Source: Nymphaea colorata
Taxonomy: Eukaryota
Direction: 5' to 3'
Length of the DNA stretch: 64,000 nt
NCBI RefSeq assembly: GCF_008831285.2
Contig: NC_045138.2
Location: 24,986,001-25,050,000, forward strand
Shown: in pieces, positions 28,209-41,663 of the stretch
How the letters are laid out: the number at the start of each line of letters is the position of its first letter
Position numbering within the stretch: position 1 is the first letter of the stretch
The notes under the pieces: generated by a model
Seen by the model: only the letters and a program-made list of their open reading frames with translations
Told to the model about the DNA's origin: nothing
The model's database searches: none
Made by a program: the position numbers and the translations under genes

Positions 28209-31200
28209 TCATGATGGTGGTTGCCACGTTCCTGGCTTAAAGGACTCGCCACTACCAGTTGGTTCTGTAGACCTGCGACAAGCAAAATCATGCACTAAGG
28301 TAGTCAAGCTTGAGGAACCAAAAAAAAAAAGTGGAGCTCTGTGCTAATAAACAAGTGGATGTTCTCCAAGGGGGACCCTTTGATAGTAGAAAAGAATTCT
28401 CACAGGAAATGTAGTATTAAATTCAAATGAATCTAACCTCAAGCAAGTCACAACACAAAAGAAGCCATGAATTCAGTCATATGGAACATAAAATAACATT
28501 ATATCATTCCCACAAGTAAAATCCCTTCCAAGTTTAGCAGAAGTGGCATAGGAAGACAGATTTAATAGAACCACCTTCAAAAGGGGACAATTGGTAAAAA
28601 CTATAGCAATATGTAGGTTTTCCTCCCCAACAATTGGCTCAATAATGGGGAGTTGTACGTGTACAAGTTAGGAAGTGTAGGCCACAGGTAAAACTCCCAC
28701 AGGCCCACACACAACAGGATAAGATCCATTCTCCTGCATGACTTACACACAAGAGGTAGATTTGACTTTTCTTTTTTATTCTTCCGAAAAAACAAAAAAA
28801 AAATTCTAAGACAAGTTCTAGGGTTCAACATTCTCCCCGGCCAAAAATAAAATTTTATCTCAATGAATTGATTCTTGTGACAAGCCAGTGCAAATGTCAG
28901 CTACCGCTCACTCCAAGTCAAAGGAAGCCAATCTTGGCACATGCAGCTTGTTTACCAGCCATAGTTACCAGGGTTAGTTGAAAACAGTTATTTACCCGAA
29001 CACAAGTAAATCATAAAGTTAATGTACTCATCAAACACCCATATGCAGCACAGCACACACACATATTTTGTGCACACAAAGTGGTGCTTCTGAGTTCAAT
29101 GTTTCCTACATGTTCAATACATACAGCTATACAGCTCAAGGCATTCAGGTTAAACTGCTGTTTAATGTGCCCAATGCTCACCTATTTAAACAGCAAATGA
29201 ACTCATGATATTATAACAAGAAATAAATAAGAACAACTTAGCAACTCATGGATAAAAGCTAGGCATCTACTCACATTGGCACCCTCGGAGCTTTTGGCGC
29301 AGGAGTTTTAGTATTTGTTGAATCAGAGTCCCTGAAAAGATGCAATCACCATTCACAACTCCAGCAAAATTCTTTCTTAATATTTTAAAGTTTAAACCAT
29401 AAATCTGCCAAGATTTTCTTGACACTTTTTGCCAAAACTTAGTCTACAGTGATGCTTTCCATTTGACAAGCAAAACCCAAGTACAAGATTCAGTGATTTC
29501 AAAACAGGTAAAGAAACTAAAAAATCACGAAAAAGAAAAGGATATACGAAGTAGGCATTTCAAGGTATGAAGTCTAAGGTGGCTAAGTGTAGACAATGAT
29601 GCTTGACACCTAGTGAGCCACAGGAAACTATAAGATGCATGAAGCAGAAGCACAAGCATCCGTGCGTCACTCATTTCCATCACATATTGTCATATACACC
29701 CTTCTACAGTGAGATGATTCCCAATGTTATGCCTCATCAAACTCATGATTGAGCAGAAAATCATGAAACATGAAAGTCATTTCAAGATTTCAAAAGTAGC
29801 TTTCATCAATACTCTTGAAATTATAAACAGAACACCCAGATACAGTGACAACAGCCTTTAAACCAAAAAGAACTTTGCCTTCAAACCATACTTGTACAGT
29901 TAGAATAACTATTCACCATCTCCAGTTTAACATGCATGGATTCCTCATATAGTCATATGAACAAGAAATTCATAATTTACTTTCAAAATCAGAAAGCTCA
30001 TTTAAAGAGCTTGAAATATAAGTGGATCAGCTACAATGGAATATTAACAAATGAACTTCCAATGTGGATGTAAACAATAACATAAAAGGTTAGTGCAAAC
30101 AACTTTAAGTTTCTATATGCTACGCATGCTAGGGCAGTTTGGAAAACATTTGCTAAATATTTATTCTAACTGGAAAGAACAATATGCCAACCTGAATTTC
30201 CTGGTCCACTTTTCTTTTGAATCTGACTCTAAATCAGGTACTTCACCTTGTAAAAATTAGACAGCATACAACTTGGTGAGTCACAAGTTTGATGAGCAGT
30301 AGCATGACAGAAGAATAGGAAAGTAGGTACATAGAAAGTTATATACTCCAAAACAAGCAAGAATATTTCCAAGTAAAAGGAAGTGGAACCATCAAAGTAC
30401 CATGATCCAAGTAAAGGACTCAGAGGTTACAATAATGTATAACACTGAGATCTATTAGACGTATGAGGGAAAAGCGTTGGCAATTTAGCAGAAATACAAA
30501 AATCAGATAGGCCAAATTTTGCCTCAAGGGGCATAGCGTAGCTGGTCGAATTAGGGGCCTATGGACGGCAGGTCTCTAGTTCGATTCCCGTGGGCGCTAT
30601 GCTCTTGTGTCTTGTGACACCAAAGCAGCTCAGGACCCTAGGAGGCAAGGGGAATGAGGGGGCCTACGGGCCTTGCTTCGGGCAGTGGGATAACCCTCTG
30701 GCTCACCTGAACAGATAGGCCAAATTTTGACAAAAGATTCTTTTTAGAGTATTTGCAAAAAAATAAATATAAAAAGGAAGAATTAGAGCAACATGTAAGC
30801 ATGAAAAAAAAAACAAAGAGAACACATTGACATGGGAATCCATGAAACACAATCAATTGTACAAAACTTGCCCCACAAAACAGCTCCCAATCAAGTACTT
30901 TTTTTTATTCAAAAGTGTAAATAGACGTCCATCCAGACTGTATTAATTCACAAGTTTGCAAACTAAATCCGACAAGAATTTTGAAGATCTTCATCAATCA
31001 ATTTATTTTGCATTAAAGGATCTAAAACATATAATTTTCAGTTGGAGAATGTAAGAGGAGCTATACCACTACCAGGATCTAAGGAAGCACCAGGAAATTG
31101 TTTGATGAAGCTTTCCAGATCTGGAGGACCAACTTTGCCTGATTCAAGTATAGTATGGTAATTATTTAGTAATACATAAATTTGAAGCTCTATGCACCAC

Positions 31201-33641
31201 TCCCAATGCCACATCAGAGATTCAGAAGAAAGTTCCAATGCTGTTAACAACTACAATCAATTGACTTTCAGATAACAAGAAAAGCAAGAAGTCCAAATTT
31301 CATTTGAATGATTTTTCTGCTCAAACTTCCATCATGCAGAAAAGAAAAACAAGGGAGCCAAAGAATTTGACTTAGGGTTGATGCGATCACCAAATGCATG
31401 ATTTTAGTGCTACAAAGAAGCTATTTTGCCAACTTCACACAGATGTTAGCCAGACAAATATCATTTATAGAACGTAACAAGAAGTCAATGTTCTTATTTT
31501 CTACATGGATATAATTGTCACCTGCAATGATAAAGGAATAGGGAATTAAGAAAGCACTTGGACCAACACTTTGAGATTGACCTATGAATGCTCCATACTT
31601 GGATGATAAGTGTAAGAGCCATTTAAAAATGTCACATGTTATAGATGCAGAAAGGATGGATTTGTCATTATTCTTTTGAGATTTACTCTTGCTACCTGTT
31701 GGGGAAAGAAAACTCACATTCTTCTTAAGCTCATATATACCAATCAAAATTTTTTCTGAAGCAAACTCAATGAATGATGGGGAATATCGGAATCAGATAT
31801 CAACCAGGTCCAAGAAGTGAAAGTCTGAACAGCAATAAATAGAATTCAACTGTGACAATTCACCAGAACATCTGAGATATTTAATAAACTTTTAATCTTT
31901 TACCAGAATGTAATGGTTGCACGAGAACAAAATAATGGAAATTTAGTTACTAACCAGTTTTGCTTGGCTGTGGAACCCCTCTTTTCAGTTTTTCTTCTTC
32001 TTCTTCTTTCTGCAACTCTTGAATATGAAACACATGATTTGGTCAAAAGATAGAAACTTATTCCAAAGAAAGCCACAATAACAAATGCATGAGAATTCAG
32101 GTTAATAAAAATCCTTTGATAGATAGAGCAAAGTACATTATATGGCAGATACATAAACACCATTATCCTATCATCAGATCCTAACACTAACAAAAAGAGG
32201 AAGGACAACAATGAACATCATTGGACTCACTGTAGCTACAAGTTAAGCCAAGGAGACATGCATACTTGCAATATTTAGCTTCACACGCTCCCGTCTTGCC
32301 TCTAGCTCCATCATTTCCTGAAAAGAAAAGGATGCATCACCTTCATATAAAAGGGAATATACTTAATAAATTAACTATATATACTGGTATGCTCTTAGCA
32401 AAGATTTTTTATAGTAACAAACCTTGTTCAGTCCTGCATTTACCTTATCAAGAAATTTGGATGCGCTTGTCATCCATTTTTTGTAAAACGATGTAATACA
32501 TACAGCTAAAGAGGGAGACAGATGTTATGATGCATTATCCAACCTAGTACAGGAAAGGGCTTTCAGTAGAAGTGAAAATTTTGTTGGCATTGACTTTTTA
32601 CCTCAGGAGTTGGAGGTTTCTTCCTTTGCCCATTTAACCAGCAAATCCACTCAACTGTCATAAAAAGAAATGAATATCACTTATTAACTGAAAAAATAGA
32701 ACGTCGCTGCACTGTCACCTTTTATTCTTCCAAGCAAAAATGAAAGCACCTAGTTAATTTTCATCTGTGCCAAGCATTCACTAATCATTCAATCGAGACT
32801 GCTTCCACAGTTACTCAAGGAAATCTAATTAGGAATAAGTTGAAGCATGATCTGTACTGCAGAAACCTAATGTTGCAAATATGTCTGATTTATTACCAAC
32901 CTGGCAGTGAAGTGGGATCTTCTTCTCCTCTAAAGATCACCCATCGGCGTTCTTTCACTGAACATCACAAGAAACAATAAAAATTCGTTCTGTCCATAAC
33001 AACTTAAAATTGAAGACTCGGGAATTTGATAAAGAAACACATGGATAAGAAGTTTAGCTTCCTAACGGATTGAGGCGAAAAGCTACATGATAGACCAACG
33101 GCTTTCCAAATTGATCCCCAAGATGGAACAAGTAGCTGGGAAATCGAATGATGCCAGTTTCTAAAGGGAGCTCGCTCAACCTGCCTTGGTGATTGGAGTT
33201 AAGACCTCTACTGCGGATGCTTTTCCTTAGCATAATCTGGTCGGATTCTGCCAATCCCAGCCTACTAAACTTAAATAAAATAAGAGCACAAGAAGAAAGA
33301 CGCCACATTTCTGAAGTCGATCATTGCAATTTCGAATATAAGCAATGCAGAGTTGTGCTGAAACGCCTCCCTAAAACCATAAACCATTCAATCGAAGCTT
33401 CTCCAAAGACAGGGACCCCAAACCAAATGAACGTCTAAACGAACGAGACAAGTAACAGAAACGAAATACCAAGAACAATTATACTAAATTTCGAAAACTT
33501 AAATCGTGACCCACCAAAAGGAATTAAGCTATGATCGCATAGTGAAACTAGAAACTGTGAAACAGGGATATGGAATACGCCTAATTTCAAATTTTAGAGC
33601 CCTAACATCTCAGTATCGACTTGACAATGTCATCCTTCGAG

Positions 33642-33675
<34 letters not shown>

Positions 33676-33791
33676 GTACTGATTCCATCGACCTCCTCGT
33701 TTCGGATGAAGTATTGATTCCCCGCCTTGTCGATCCCCACCTGAGTCCGGGACTTGAACAACCCCCGAATCCTGGCCAGAAACCTTGACAT
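28209..33791 (-). CDS. NDUFAF2: NADH dehydrogenase 1 alpha subcomplex assembly factor 2-like (NDUFAF2/mimitin, NDUFA12 family); 9 small exons
   Basis: The full protein is missing from the ORF track because the exons are short. Hand splicing gives MSRFLARIRGLFKSRTQVGIDKAGNQYFIRNEEVDGI / ..KERRWVIFRGEEDPTSLP / VEWICWLNGQRKKPPTPE / EMMELEARRERVKLNIA / KLQKEEEEEKLKRGVPQPSKT / GKVGPPDLESFIKQFP... / ... / STEPTGSGESFKPGTWQPPS*. The GxDxxGNxYF, RRWV, PVEWxxWL and C-terminal FxPGxWxP motifs match the NDUFA12/NDUFAF2 family. Confidence 0.92.
30522..30711 (+). mobile_element. tRNA-derived SINE (~190 bp) in an NDUFAF2 intron, antisense to the gene
   Basis: Pol III A-box TAGCGTAGCTGG (30534-30545) and B-box AGTTCGATTCC (30578-30588) lie 32 nt apart. 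A perfect 18-bp target-site duplication CAGATAGGCCAAATTTTG flanks the element (30504-30521 and 30712-30729). Confidence 0.9.
33644..33672. repeat. (GA)n microsatellite in NDUFAF2 intron 1
   Basis: Perfect dinucleotide run. Confidence 0.95.
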
Positions 33792-34109
33792 CTTTACACC
33801 GTTAAGAAGAAATTCTTAGCACAGTCGCTGACATTCAAACGCTACAAGATCATTGAGAAGCCCACCATTTCCAGGTACGAGAGAGAGAGACAGAGACATA
33901 GACACACAGAGAGAGAGAGAGAGACCAAGCTCCGTCGCGGTCTCGATCTTGATCCAGTTCTGAACTCAGGCAGCGGCAGTGATTTCCATTATCTGGATCC
34001 GTACAAGTGAAGTGGCCTTGGACATAGGTTCAGGTTATAATATGGTTCCAGTCAAGGATTATCTCCTAAACCAAGGGCAAGAATCCAGATCATTGCTTAG
34101 TTAATGCTC

Positions 34110-34181
34110 CATAATTAGTTGTGAACCATTCCAGATCCTGTGTCCCGATGCTTCATAATTAGTTGTGAGCATAATTAGTTG
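34110..34181. repeat. Three copies of CATAATTAGTTG upstream of NDUFAF2
   Basis: Copies start at 34110, 34154 and 34170. Confidence 0.8.
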
Positions 34182-35577
34182 ATGATCCGAATAAAGTCTT
34201 GTGGAGGCCACAAAATGGAGAAGGTTGATCGGTTAGTTAACATGCGATTCTAGATCCAAAAAGACATGGTTTGGTCAGACCTCCTATGGCAGATCCAATC
34301 TTGGTTTGGATACAGGTCACAAGAATAAAACCCAAAATGGCGTTTCTGTATGTGTAAGTTGAAACATGTAAATATATATGTCCTACTCGCTTGTATTCAT
34401 TTGATTGGATTCAATAACGAAGCCCAACTCTAATTAGACAAAAAAAAAAACCTTCAATTCTGATTGTATCTAGAACTTGAACCTGAAACCAGATCCGAAT
34501 TATTTCCACTAAGTAATCTAAAATTTTTTATAGAATTGGTTGTTGGACTAGCTTGACATGCAACCTCAACCAAGCTGGTCGGTTTAACACACCATATTGA
34601 ACATTACTGGTTAAAAATTCGGCCTGGTTAATTTTTAAGAACCAGCTCATGCAAATGCAACTTTTTTGGTATTGAACAGTAAAAATCACATTGGTAACTA
34701 TACAAAATTTGTGGAATTACACTAAAGAATGAATATTCGGAGGGATCGTAACACTTCAATAATATCTCATATGCAGTGCAAACATTACTAACTCCACACT
34801 TAGATTACCCTCAAAACCTGGTAAAAAGTTTAAGTTTGATAAGAAGTTAACTTATTGGGGGTAACAGACCAAGTTTTTACATTTGGGCAACACAAAATCT
34901 GGTTTTCCTAGTATTATGAGGGACATTGTTATAATTTTATAGGGTATTTTGGTATCTTTCATTTAATTAACCGGGGTATTCTACTCATTTCTGACATAGA
35001 ACACGATTTTTTTTTTTTGACACAATTCCTCCCTTTTGCTACAACCACTAAACAGAGATTGAGATCAAATCAAATATTTAGAACATTTATGTTTCGCAAC
35101 ATTTTCACTTCGAGTTAAGAAGTGTTTTCCACATTATTAATACAAGCTACACTTTTCTTGCCCAGCTTGTGTGAAGGTAGCCCATTTTTGGTAGTATCAA
35201 TAAAAGTGAGACTTATTATGCCTGCAAATTTTTAAAATGTGAATTTCATCTTTAAAGCTACACGAAAATGCACCAAAATAAGAATTTTACTATTTCATAA
35301 AAATATTATGAAAGTGCATTTTAACACATTAAAAATGTAAGTTGAAAGATAACAGAATGTAAGCTTGGTATGAGCAAAAGAGAGAAATCCGGCTCTCACC
35401 GGAACCGAAGGATGAAATGCTCACCAGAAAGTTTGGCCATATGTTTGTGGCGTGGCTGAACTCAAGAAAGCATATCCGTTTATTCTTTTCTTCTTCTTTT
35501 TGGGACTAACAATAGTCATGCAAAGTTAATTGCACAACCAAACAAAGAAAGATGCGGTGGGAAACATTAGAGAGCAA

Positions 35578-35775
35578 CAGTTGTTCCATGGGTTGGCTCG
35601 TATAAAGAAAACTCAATTTTGACAAAACTTAGTTTTATAAAAAGTAGTGAAAAATCCAAAAACCATATTAGATTTTGGGTGTCACCTAAACAAATAAATT
35701 AGTTTAAAACTTATTAAATAAAACTAAGTTTTCAAAAAAATTGGATTAGACGAGGGTGTCATGCAAACAGCTTCT
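35578..35775. mobile_element. Degenerate MITE upstream of ATPC
   Basis: Imperfect inverted ends (CAGTTGTTCCATG...CTCGT / ACGAGGGTGTCATGCAAACAGCT) with an AAAACT/AGTTTT-rich interior similar to 2163-2457. Confidence 0.4.
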
Positions 35776-36105
35776 TAATTATTACTGTCTTTCACTACAT
35801 TTCCATTTTCAAGAAAACCAAGAAGCGAACTCAAGATAGGCTTTTGCTTAGCAGGTTGCAGAAAACTTTTCAATCAAACGAAAAACCAGAAACTTCCTTC
35901 AGACGAAGAGCTAAAGATTGCCTCAGGTGAAAAAAATTCCCTTTTTGGTTGAGAGGAGTTACTCGCGGGGCCGTGGGCAGTGAGGATGAAGGAAAGAAAG
36001 TCACCAAGAAGAAGGGAGAAAGAAAGAGCTCCCTCCTTCAGGGGAGACCGAAGTCAATTAACGGGGGGAGGGAAAAGAACAACATCTTTGGCCAGTCAGA
36101 TCCCT

Positions 36106-36135
36106 TCCTTATCTCCAGAGGCCAAAACCCAATCC
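36106..36135 (+). promoter_or_regulatory. I-box (CCTTATC, reverse GATAAGG) and CCAAT box upstream of ATPC
   Basis: Both motifs lie about 200 nt upstream of the ATG and are followed by a pyrimidine patch. I-boxes are typical of light-regulated photosynthesis genes. Confidence 0.45.
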
Positions 36136-36327
36136 GACTCCCCAAATTCCCACCTCTCATTTCCCCTTCCTCCTCCCTCCCCTCCTTCTTCATCATCATC
36201 ATCATTGTTGCCCACACTCTCTGTATGCCTTCTCCAGCTCCACCAACATTGCCCCTCTCCTCCATAACCTCCATCTGAGCACAGAGGGAGGACACAAGAA
36301 AAGAGGAAGCCCACCAACGCCACCACC

Positions 36328-37431
36328 ATGGCCTGCTCCAACCTCCCAGTGTGGCTCTCCAAATCGAACACCCAGAACCCACTTTCTCCCTCCTCCTCCT
36401 CTTCCGCCTCCCCCTTTCCCCACCACCACCACCAGAACCGTCGGCGCTCAACTATTGTCTGTGGCCTCCGCGAGCTCCGTGAACGAATCGACTCCGTCAA
36501 GAACACGCAGAAGATCACGGAGGCCATGAAGCTGGTGGCGGCCGCGAAGGTCCGGCGAGCCCAGGAGGCCGTGGTGAACGGTCGCCCCTTCTCCGAGACC
36601 CTCGTCGAGGTCCTCTACAACATCAACCAGCAGCTCCAAACCGACGACGTCGACGTCCCGCTCACGACCATCCGCCCCGTCCGGAAGATCGCCCTCGTCG
36701 TCATAACCGGCGACCGTGGCCTGTGCGGCGGCTTCAACAACAACATCATCAAGAAGGCCGAGGCCCGCATCGCCGAGCTCCGCTCCCTCGGCCTCGAGTT
36801 CACCGTCGTCTCCGTCGGCAAGAAGGGCAACTCCTACTTCAACCGCCGTCCCTACATCCCTGTCGACCGCTTCCTCGAGGTTGGGAACCTTCCGACGGCT
36901 AAGGAGGCTCAGGCAATCGCGGACGACGTCTTCTCCCTGTTTGTCAGCGAGGACGTCGACAAGGTCGAGCTCCTCTACACCAAGTTCGTCTCCCTCGTGA
37001 AATCGGAGCCCGTGATCCACACTCTCTTGCCGCTCTCCCCTAAAGGAGAGGTCTGCGACATCAATGGCAACTGCGTCGATGCCGCCGAGGACGAGCTCTT
37101 CCGCCTGACCACAAAGGAGGGTAAGCTCCGAGTCGAACGTGACGTCGTCCGGCTGCCGACGGCGGAGTTCTCGCCGATCCTCCAGTTCGAGCAGGACCCC
37201 GTGCAGATTCTCGACGCGCTGCTCCCTCTCTACCTTAACAGCCAAATCCTCAGGGCGCTGCAGGAGTCGCTGGCCAGCGAACTCGCCGCCCGAATGGCCG
37301 CCATGAGCAACGCCACGGATAACGCCGTCGAGCTGAAGCGCTCGCTCTCCATCTCCTACAACCGCGAGCGGCAGGCCAAGATCACCGGCGAGATCCTCGA
37401 GATCGTGGCCGGCGCGGAAGCTCTCACATAA
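36328..37431 (+). CDS. ATPC: Chloroplast ATP synthase CF1 gamma subunit, intronless, with transit peptide
   Basis: 367-aa ORF containing LRELRERIDSVKNTQKITEAMKLVAAAK, VVITGDRGLCGGFN, the thioredoxin-regulated loop EVCDINGNCVDAAEDE, ASELAARMAAMSNATDNA and YNRERQAKITGEILEIVAGA. GC3 is very high. Confidence 0.99.
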   Translation: MACSNLPVWLSKSNTQNPLSPSSSSSASPFPHHHHQNRRRSTIVCGLRELRERIDSVKNTQKITEAMKLVAAAKVRRAQEAVVNGRPFSETLVEVLYNINQQLQTDDVDVPLTTIRPVRKIALVVITGDRGLCGGFNNNIIKKAEARIAELRSLGLEFTVVSVGKKGNSYFNRRPYIPVDRFLEVGNLPTAKEAQAIADDVFSLFVSEDVDKVELLYTKFVSLVKSEPVIHTLLPLSPKGEVCDINGNCVDAAEDELFRLTTKEGKLRVERDVVRLPTAEFSPILQFEQDPVQILDALLPLYLNSQILRALQESLASELAARMAAMSNATDNAVELKRSLSISYNRERQAKITGEILEIVAGAEALT

Positions 37432-39291
37432 GTTTCTTGCTGCTTTTTCTTCTATCCTCCTTCCCCTCTCCCTTCCATTCTTCTTCTCCCTCCCCTTCTC
37501 TTTTATTTTTCCCCTTCTTATGGGCGTCTTGCTTCTGATTGATTATGGTGATAATGTATGGGGCTTTTCCCTTTATTGTCTTTTTGTTTCTCCTTTGATG
37601 GTGCAGATAAAAGAACTTGTATCTTAATGCAACTGTTGTTTCAACCTGAAACCAAGATGCAGAAAGCTTCATGAGATCTCTGGTCTTTTTAGGTTTTAGA
37701 TATCATGAAGTTTATTTGTAATCTGTGTATCTATATTTCTTTTGTTGAACTAAATGTGAAGAGAGCATCACTTCATTGGGTAATTTAGTTTCTGTGACCT
37801 GATGTTATTAATGGTGTGGAATGATACGTGTGGTGAATCCATTAGAGCTCATTTTTGACGGGTCAACTTCATATTTGTTGTGTCACTTTTCTCATGACTT
37901 CATTTGTCAGTTTGCTGCTGCTGTAATGGTGGTTGGATTATGATCGGAAGCCATTCGCGAGTTTGCCTCTTCTCTGTAAAATGGGCATGTTTTAGTTCTG
38001 CCATGAGACGAGGTAGGACTGCAAAATTGGCTCAAGTCGAGTTGGAGCCAAAGGTTGAACTCGATTATTGGTTTTAAATTTGTTTCTTGTACTGATGGCT
38101 TAGTTTTGTTGAAATGATATGCTTGTTGATTTTAAGCTCATGAGGATATTCTTCTATGAAGAAATGCTGTTTTTTCTGCTGTACTTTCCCCATCTGTTCT
38201 CTCTCGTTCATATATTCAGGTCCTCGAATGTTTTTGATTGTTGAACAATCGTTTAATTTTTGTAATCTTTCTGCATGCGTACAGGCAGTTTCTTTTCTCC
38301 TTTTTATAGTGATAAACTTATTAGATCGAGTGCCACAATAAAGGCGGTACACAGCTTTTATGTAGTTTCAGTTGCTTCTGACATTGTAGTCCTATGTATT
38401 GAGGAACTAAACTAAGAGGTCTATAGAGAAAACAAGATAGAGTATGCTGTCTCACGCAATATATTATCTAGTTTTCTAGCTCGGCTAAGCTAAGAAGGCA
38501 AAGTATGATTATAGAAATTGTGGAAAAATATCTTTTTGACCGAACCACCGATCGTTAACTATTTTGGTAGCTGGTGCTCTATTGGATTCACGAACTCCTG
38601 CTGTTATTATAACGTGGAATGCTTAGTTCATAATTGTTTAAGATGATGTTGCACGAACATAAATTAGTTCCTTGCATTGTTCTGACATAAAAATGAAAAG
38701 GCTTTTGTTGTTTCATCGACTCTTTGTGATGGCATCATTCAGTGGCAATCAAACACGCTGGTGCTTCACAGTATTACCCAACAGCCACGAGGTGGGCCTT
38801 TTCCTCCGTTGCATCAGAAAATGATTTCGTGATCCCCAGTTCGTTTATCGGAAAAAGTTTGTCTTATTTCAAAATACTGTACAGTTTATTATGATTGCGT
38901 CTTTCTATTTTAAATGACAGGCGTTAGTTCATCTTGGCATGGCACGTCTAGTTCGATATTAGCAAATCATCATTGTTCTTTTAGGGATCATACTTTTGGA
39001 TAGAAATTTCATTTCAAACTCTTATAAATTGGCTGACAGTCTAAGCTTCTTGGAATTGGTATCTCGATCACGTAGTTTCTTGTTGAGATGCTTACATACA
39101 GGTTCGCCTATTTAGTGAATTAAGAAAAATGCACATTTTGCATTTTTTTGTTATGGAGATAAGATCTAACTGAAACAAAAAAACGAGTGTTCTGCAACTG
39201 GATTGAGGCATTCTGAACGCGCTACTGCTAATTTTAAAATGCTAATTTTTTGTTCATAATATTGCATATCGTTCTGGACTGTCGAAAGCAA

Positions 39292-39431
39292 GAGCTTAAG
39301 AATCTGCTATAGATTAAAGGTTTGTAAGTTTCTTCATACGTAATCTAACTTGTAGTATCTGTCCCTGAGCTTAAGAATTGTTCTGCTATTGTTTAAAGGT
39401 TTATAAGTTTCCTTACATGAAATCTAACGTT
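39292..39431. repeat. Imperfect tandem duplication of a ~75-bp unit
   Basis: GAGCTTAAGAAT...CTGCTAT...TTAAAGGTTT.TAAGTTTC...AATCTAAC occurs twice head-to-tail. Confidence 0.8.
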
Positions 39432-41663
39432 GCTCTCTTAAGGTTCATAAATCATATTTACATTATTAATATGAGGTTGGTTCCCCATATGGTCGTCCCA
39501 TTTGAAGATGGCATGCCTTAATTATTATCTTAAGTGATAACATAAAAGGTGCTTAAATACGAGCCACAATTGATTCATTGTGTCCACAGTGGTATGATTA
39601 GAACAAGATTCGAATTTGATAAGTACATCAGGTATACTTCATATTTATATTGGATAAATATGATCTTTAAATTTGAATTCGGTTCAGATTTAGATTAAAA
39701 TTCATTTTGGAAAACATATTTCACATTAAGTACAGTCTTTCCACTTCTCGTGAGATCAATTGAGTCTCTGGTCAGTTTCTACTGGATCCAATCCCCCCTT
39801 TCTGGATTTAGGTCTAAATCATAATATTTTGCAATTCAGAGCGCTATTTTTTACTCACATGAAATCCACTCCGTTGCACCTATATGTACAGACCATCATA
39901 GTTTAGAAACACATATACAAACCTTGACTGTATTTGATTGTAGAGTGTGCCCAAAAGTATCAGTCAAGGCCTTGACTGTGTGATATATTCGGTTTTAACG
40001 ACGTAGTTACTCGTAAGCTACCAAGTCCTCTCTATTTTTGGGGGTTAAGCAGGTGATGTTTTTAATAGAGGCTGCAGTCGTTAGTCTTTTCGTTGTTAAA
40101 TGTCAAGTCACCGCGATTTTTTCATTTGACATGATATTTCAAATAAAATTAACCCAAACACGGATGTAAATAACGGCAGTATCTTATTCATCAACTACTG
40201 CAAGATTAGTTTGACATTTCCCTTGCAGTTTTGGTAAAAACAAAATTAGAGTCAGCGACCTCTATGATGGCTCGAAGGAAACATGGTCAGGAGCAGAGGT
40301 AAAATTATAGCCGAAGAGCTACAAGTAGAACAAAGAATCAAGAATACCTCCTCCCAAGCGTCTTCCTCAAAATTTTATTTTATAACACTAGGTAAAGATT
40401 TTTTTCTGTGTGTTCCTTTCTCTAAAGAATGTTGATGAATTTGTTCCCCTCTTTTGCCTTATCATGTAGATTACTGATAAACAGGATTCTTGAGAAGGCA
40501 TTTTTAAGCAATTCAAGCACAAACCGTGCAAGAACTTAATCCCCTGATAAAAGTTACACTTCCCCTTCAAAATTGCAATCCATGAAAGTTGGCAACCCAC
40601 TTAGAAAATGTAGGAAAAATGGCAATATGCATTGGTCATTTAAGTACCAGAGCCACAGGACCCTCGTTTTCCTTTTCAAATGCAGACATAGTGTGATTTT
40701 CTATCTCTTTACAGATGACATCAGATCTTTGTTTCACCAGTCCAGGTGCCCAAACGATAAACTCTGCAAGTTAATAGAGATAAAATCGATTAATTAAGAA
40801 AAGAAAACAACGGGGAAAAACATTATTGCGAAATGGAAATGGGTAATGGAAAGAAGTTAATTGCACGATCGGAACTTTGAAAACGTTCAAACAAAGGTGT
40901 GATTTTGAGACACCAGAAACCAGTACAGACTAAAAGCAGCAATATAGTGGACAATAAAGCACAGAGACATTTATTAGGAGGGGACGTCGAATATGGGCAG
41001 TGCTTCCATCTTGAAAACAACAACCCGGGGAACACCAAGTGAGACATCTCTGAAATTGCAAATTAGACGTACTAGATCAGCAAATGGTAGCTATTAAACA
41101 AAGATTAAAGCACCCAATGAGCAACACATATGGCTCCATCTTCTAGGCATTCCAAATGTAGTATGCCATGCCTGATTACTAAAGTGAAAACAAAAGAAAA
41201 GTGAACATCTTTTCATATGAAAAAAATGCACTCAAGGATGATGCTGATACTTCATCAGCCACATCTCTAAAGAACATAATGATCAAGCAAAGCATGCCCA
41301 ACAAATTAAAGCAACAAGATATAGACAAAACCGAAGTTATTTAATAATCAACCCCGTACCTAAGGTGTATTCAAGTAATCAAATCGATTTTCCATTGTAT
41401 CACTGATCAAAACGAAGCCCATGTTGCATGTAACGATATTGAAAATCGGATCTGTGCAAAGGAGAACGCACCGAAAGCAAATGCAAGTGAGCAATCTAAA
41501 CCCAAGCAAGATCACGAGAGCGGAAGCTTCACTTCATTGCATAATTTATGGTTACATAAATTATTGAGATTATTGATATTGCACATATTTTCTTGGGTCA
41601 AAATTTCCCATATTGATATTGATAAAATTCGAACAAGAAACCCGCAGAAAAGAAAAAAAAAAA

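Noticed and set aside
30527..30604. tRNA gene
   Set aside because: It has A/B boxes but no proper cloverleaf or anticodon arm, and it lies inside an element flanked by an 18-bp TSD, so it is a SINE head.
36448..37245. 265-aa antisense ORF overlapping ATPC
   Set aside because: Shadow ORF caused by the very high GC3 of ATPC, which removes stop codons from the complementary frame. No recognisable motif.
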